DNA from: Macrostomum lignano
Taxonomy: Eukaryota
Reading direction: 5' to 3'
Assembly: GCA_002269645.1 (NCBI GenBank)
Contig: NIVC01001962.1
Location: 46,367 to 110,366 of the forward strand
Length of the DNA stretch: 64,000 nt
Made by a program: the position numbers and the translations under genes. Numbering within the stretch: position 1 is the stretch's first letter; each line of letters begins with the position of its first letter. Shown one piece after another: positions 59,076 through 64,000 of the stretch. The notes below the pieces were generated by a model, which saw nothing but the letters and a program-made list of their open reading frames with translations, searched no databases and was not told the DNA's origin.

Positions 59076-60654
59076 TTTTCGAACATTCGACAACTGGTAA
59101 CCTTCAATATCTTCCGAGTGCGTGGTTTGCAGTTTCAAACTGCCTTATGAATATCTGTACCCAGGACCGGACTATTATTGAGGCTCGCCATGTTTGTCAA
59201 CAAAATATCTTCGTATACGAGCTATTCTCCGCCAAAAATCTACTTGGGATAAACAAGAGTACTATTTCTGCAGCTGAATATTTAAGACGCACGACACTAC
59301 TACGACTACGGCTACGACTACGACTGTACTACTACTACTCTACTACCACTACTACTACTACTGCAACTACTAGTGCTACTACTACTGAAAATCTAGCTTC
59401 AACTGATCCGCAGTGCCCAGTCGCCTGTGACCAGGGGCTGTGCAGGCGGCGATCTGTGACCAGACGCCGCCAACTGCGACTAGTGGCCTGCCTGGCTACT
59501 TCAAATAACTGCTTACCAGTACGTCTCTACTACGACTACGCCTACGACTGCTCTACTACTACTCTACTAATACTTGTACTACTACTACTTCCATTACTAC
59601 TACTACGAGCTACTACTGCAACTACTAGTGCTACTACTACTGATAATCTAGCCTCAACTGATCTGCAGTGCCCAGTCGCCTGTGACCAGGGCTGTGCAGG
59701 CGGCGATCTGTGACCAGACGCCGCCAACTGCGACTAGTGGCCTGCCTGGCTACTTCAAATAACTGCTTACCAGTACGTCTCTACTACGACTACGCCTACG
59801 ACTGCTCTACTACTACTCTACTAATACTTGTACTACTACTACTTCCATTACTACTACTACGAGCTACTACTGCAACTACTAGTGCTACTACTACTGATAA
59901 TCTAGCCTCAACTGATCTGCAGTGCCCAGTCGCCTGTGACCAGGGGCTGTGCAGGCGGCGATCTGTGACCAGACGCCGCCAACTGCGACTAGTGGCCTGC
60001 CTGGCTACTTCAAATAACTGCTTACCAGTACGTCTCTACTACGACTACGCCTACGACTGCTCTACTACTACTCTACTAATACTTGTACTACTACTACTTC
60101 CATTACTACTACTACGAGCTACTACTGCAACTACTAGTGCTACTACTACTGATAATCTAGCCTCAACTGATCTGCAGTGCCCAGTCGCCTGTGACCAGGG
60201 GCTGTGCAGGCGGCGATCTGTGACCAGACGCCGCCAACTGCAACTAGTGGCCTGCCTGGCGACTCAATTTATTTACTGTTTATGTAATAACATCTATTTA
60301 CTTGCACTTCTTTTTGAAAAGTTCTCAGTGCTCTGTTTTAATTTAATATTTGTTCTCAATTCTACGGGCGTAAATAACTTATTTGTTGAACTTTTCAAGA
60401 TGCTTATTCATACACTTCTACGCTCTAAATCTGTTTTTCTATAGCACCTAACATCTTTAATATTTTTTGTGCAAGGCTTTAAGCTGCCAATCTTTAACCA
60501 ATCAGCGTGCTTCAACTCACGTTTTTAACTAATTATACGTACACATCTTTACTCAACACTGCTCAGTGCACCCCCAAAAGTAGCATATATATATATTGAA
60601 ATTATGTTACAATAACTTCACTGCCAATATATTTGTTTTTAAACCCGAATAAAT

Positions 60655-60694
60655 AAACCCTGACGAAGGCCCAGTCTGGCCGAAATATCGGTTT
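60655..60694 (+). ncRNA. Minimal type I hammerhead ribozyme, copy 7 (one G missing in stem II)
   Basis: CUGACGAA-GGCC(CAGUCU)GGCC-GAAAUAUC-GGUUU; stem II can still form 4 bp. Confidence 0.8.
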
Positions 60695-60770
60695 TTTTCG
60701 AACATTCGACAACTGGTAACCTTCAATATCTTCCGAGTGCGTGGTTTGCAGTTTCAAACTGCCTTATGAA

Positions 60771-61599
<829 letters not shown>

Positions 61600-61973
61600 A
61601 CGATTATTTAACTTTAGCCTTTCTCTTTATGCTTGATGCATACTAACTAGTCCTAATCCTAATTAAATAAACTTTAACCTTAACCTTAACTGCCTACTTG
61701 ATTCTTAGCATCTAAGCGACTCCGTACTGAGCCTTGGCATCCCGAGACTTAAAGACACAAAAATTGACAGTATAATCGCCAAAGTCATCGCCATTGAAAT
61801 CACGACCCGCCCAGCGTGTACCTGCAACCCTGCAGAGTCATCCTGTAATCAGGCATATCTAGTGGTACTAAAAATAATTTAAATTCCATGCAATCTAACC
61901 TTGATTGTCTGTTAAATCATAAGTGAAACCGAAACCAACGCGACTGACAGCACCGCAGCAGCTTAGGTTTCCT
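61600..61973 (+). repeat. Right copy of 374-bp direct duplication
   Basis: Matches 49111-49484, then continues into unique sequence. Confidence 0.9.
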
Positions 61974-63274
61974 TTTTGGATTAATGATAGAGCGATATGA
62001 CAGGCGCATCTGCCGCTAGCATCTAATTTTTGCTGATGGCAGGTGAACAAAAAGCTAGTAGTAATAATAGTATTATTAGTAAAAATAGTAGTGAAAGGTT
62101 TGTAGAGCTCGTAAAAGCTAAATGCACCTCAGGAAACGATCAGAGAGATGGGGGGGTTGAGTAGAGAAGTGACGAGGGGTCGGACTCTTCCGTCAGAGCA
62201 TCAGGCCCTGATTCCGTCCGCAGGCACAATTACTGGGTCTTTACATGCGAGGAGTCGCTTCCCAAAGCGGAAATTCTGTGTTTCTGTCTTGTAAAGGTTT
62301 GAGTTTTTCGGGAAAAATTGAATGTGCCTTCAAAACCCAATTAGGGAGGCAATGCAAAATCTACAAAATTTATAAATTCTTTTGTAAATACTCATAATTG
62401 ATGGCTTCTGCGCGCTCTCCAATACCCCTGTAGCATTGCTTCTGCTTAGAAGTGACAAGCTAAAAGCAGTCAGTCTAACCCATGATAACTAACCCATGAA
62501 GTCTTTACAGTCTTCAACGCCTCGACGGCTATAAGCGATGCCTCTAAGCGGCCAATAGATTTAGTCGAGCAGCCGACAGTCCCAAAAATCCCAGCTTGGA
62601 TAGTTCGTACTGCGGTACCAAAGAAGCTCATCAGACGAAGCTCATCAGTCGCATGCCAACTTAACCAAGACGTGCATCTTTCAAATGGTAAGTTCGGCAA
62701 CTATAACTTGAGCACCTGTATTTCTCTTTCATAGAAAACATTCAAAATAGACCAACTCCTTTGCAGTGCCAAATCATCAGGCTAAAGTGTCGAGCATCTT
62801 TGGGAACGGCGGCTTTGAGAACTGCATGTTTCACTTTGGGTGACAAATTGATTTTCACATTGTCAAATTTCGACTACAAACTGGTGAACTGCACTAGCTG
62901 TGACATTTATTATGAACTGTTTTCGTGTAGCTGCGTACTTTAGTTTTATTGATTTTTCCCTTTTTGTCATTTACTTCTTGCTGTTATTAACAGAAATACT
63001 GTGCGATGGATTTTTCAATCCAAATGTCTTTGGTGCACCTCAAAACTGTGGAATAATGGCCAAAATATTTTGCTATTGCGTCTGGGTAAAAGTATAATTA
63101 CAATGGAGCCAATTAAGTTGATTAACAGTCATCCCAAGCAAGCCAACTTGATTGACAAAAGCAATATCAGAGTAAACGATAATTATTGCAACTACAATTT
63201 TGGCAATCAGAATTCAGTCCTAACTTGCATGATGATAGTAATAACTGATTACACCTGCCCCAATTAGGCCAGAT

Positions 63275-63540
63275 GTGCAACCGACAGCTCAGCCGCAGCT
63301 ATTGCGCGGCGTATCTGAAGGCTGCGTACGGCTGTTCAGTCGAAGGACTGGAGGGTCGCCACACACAGCCTCAATTACCCCAGCTGATACTGGTGCCCAT
63401 TTTACAGCTGGCGGTAAACTGAAGCAATGCAGAGTTAAGTGTCTTGCTCAAGGACAAAAATTGTTCCAGTGGGATCGGAATCGAACCCCCGACCTTCAAG
63501 TCGTGAGTCAGACACTCTAACCACTGGGTTAAAACCCACT
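63275..63540 (-). mobile_element. tRNA-derived SINE with CORE-like central domain
   Basis: Minus strand: A box CAGTGGTTAGAG and B box GGTTCGATTCC, then gtccttgagcaagacacttaactct...tcagttt...ctgtaaaatggg resembling the MIR/CORE domain. Confidence 0.7.
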
Positions 63541-64000
63541 TTGGCTACAACCCCCTTCGGCTACACAGCGATAGAGTCTGGTTTAAGCTTTCACTTAACT
63601 GGACTGTTCGAAAGCTGTAAATCATTCAACCCTAGGTCGAGGCGGGGCGGATACTGCAAGTGGATGAGGCGAATTGGAGACGAGGGACAATTTTGAGCAT
63701 CTTACTTGAGTCCCGCCGAGCTGCTTCCGTGCAGAGTTAAGAAAAATTGACCTGAATTAGACGGGTCAGGAAATCCTCTTGGGAGTCCGCAGAAGCGGCA
63801 GACGGGGATGGTGAAAATTGAGCTCAATCAGCGGTTATTTACGAGTGCATTTGAGCTCGTTGCGGAAGCCTGCATGGGATGCCAATGATGCCACTCAGGT
63901 CTCAGCTGCGTTCGAACCTATCATTAAAGGCAATGTTTAGCATAAAAAATGAAGTATCTTAGAAGAGTAGCACTGAGTCTGCAAGGGTCTGCTCACCCAT

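Larger units (their letters stand above)
49492..60770 (+). mobile_element. Tandem array of about 1.62-kb hammerhead-ribozyme-containing non-autonomous PLE-derived (retrozyme-like) units
   Basis: Seven ribozyme cores about 1620, 1621, 1876, 1620, 1621 and 1620 bp apart. Each unit has 255-bp subrepeats (x3, x4 in the long unit) plus a PLE-like AT-rich 3' region; no RT or endonuclease coding; the 3' end abuts (TATC)n. Confidence 0.8.

Noticed and set aside
62623-62648. Two CTGATGAG motifs on the minus strand resembling hammerhead cores
   Set aside because: No stem II closing onto GAAA (the nearest is GAAC without pairing) and no stem I/cleavage triplet.
62270-63260. Possible P-element/THAP-like transposase remnant
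   Set aside because: Only a vague KMHV..LA resemblance amid many stops; not supportable by eye.
63470-63540. tRNA gene
   Set aside because: A and B boxes are present but the acceptor stem is not formed and the sequence continues into a SINE body.

Overview
Repeat-rich metazoan genomic DNA; the GC-rich exons and minisatellite-filled introns resemble a free-living flatworm such as Macrostomum (inference, not verified). There are three spliced host genes: a DDX21/DDX50-like DEAD-box helicase (minus strand, runs off the window start), STT3B (plus strand, 6 exons, 6700-13931), and a C2H2 zinc-finger plus DUF3504 (Crypton tyrosine-recombinase-derived) gene (minus strand, 5 exons, about 17345-35220). 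Two insertions stand out, and both sit in very long (TATC)n/(GATA)n tracts. (1) A Neptune-type Penelope-like retroelement (28406-31528, minus) has a degenerate SGNH-like ORF1 joined to the RT/GIY-YIG ORF by a candidate -1 ribosomal frameshift signal. (2) An 11.3 kb head-to-tail array (49492-60770, plus) of about 1.62 kb units without RT or endonuclease carries one minimal type I hammerhead ribozyme per unit (7 in total) and 255 bp internal subrepeats with twin hairpins. It ends in a TATCT microhomology with the target and is flanked by a direct duplication of more than 374 bp. Together they suggest a GATA-microsatellite-targeting autonomous PLE plus a large non-autonomous, retrozyme-like partner copied from a circular or multimeric RNA; that link is inference. 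MITEs, a deleted Tc1, a CORE-type SINE and many minisatellites fill the rest.
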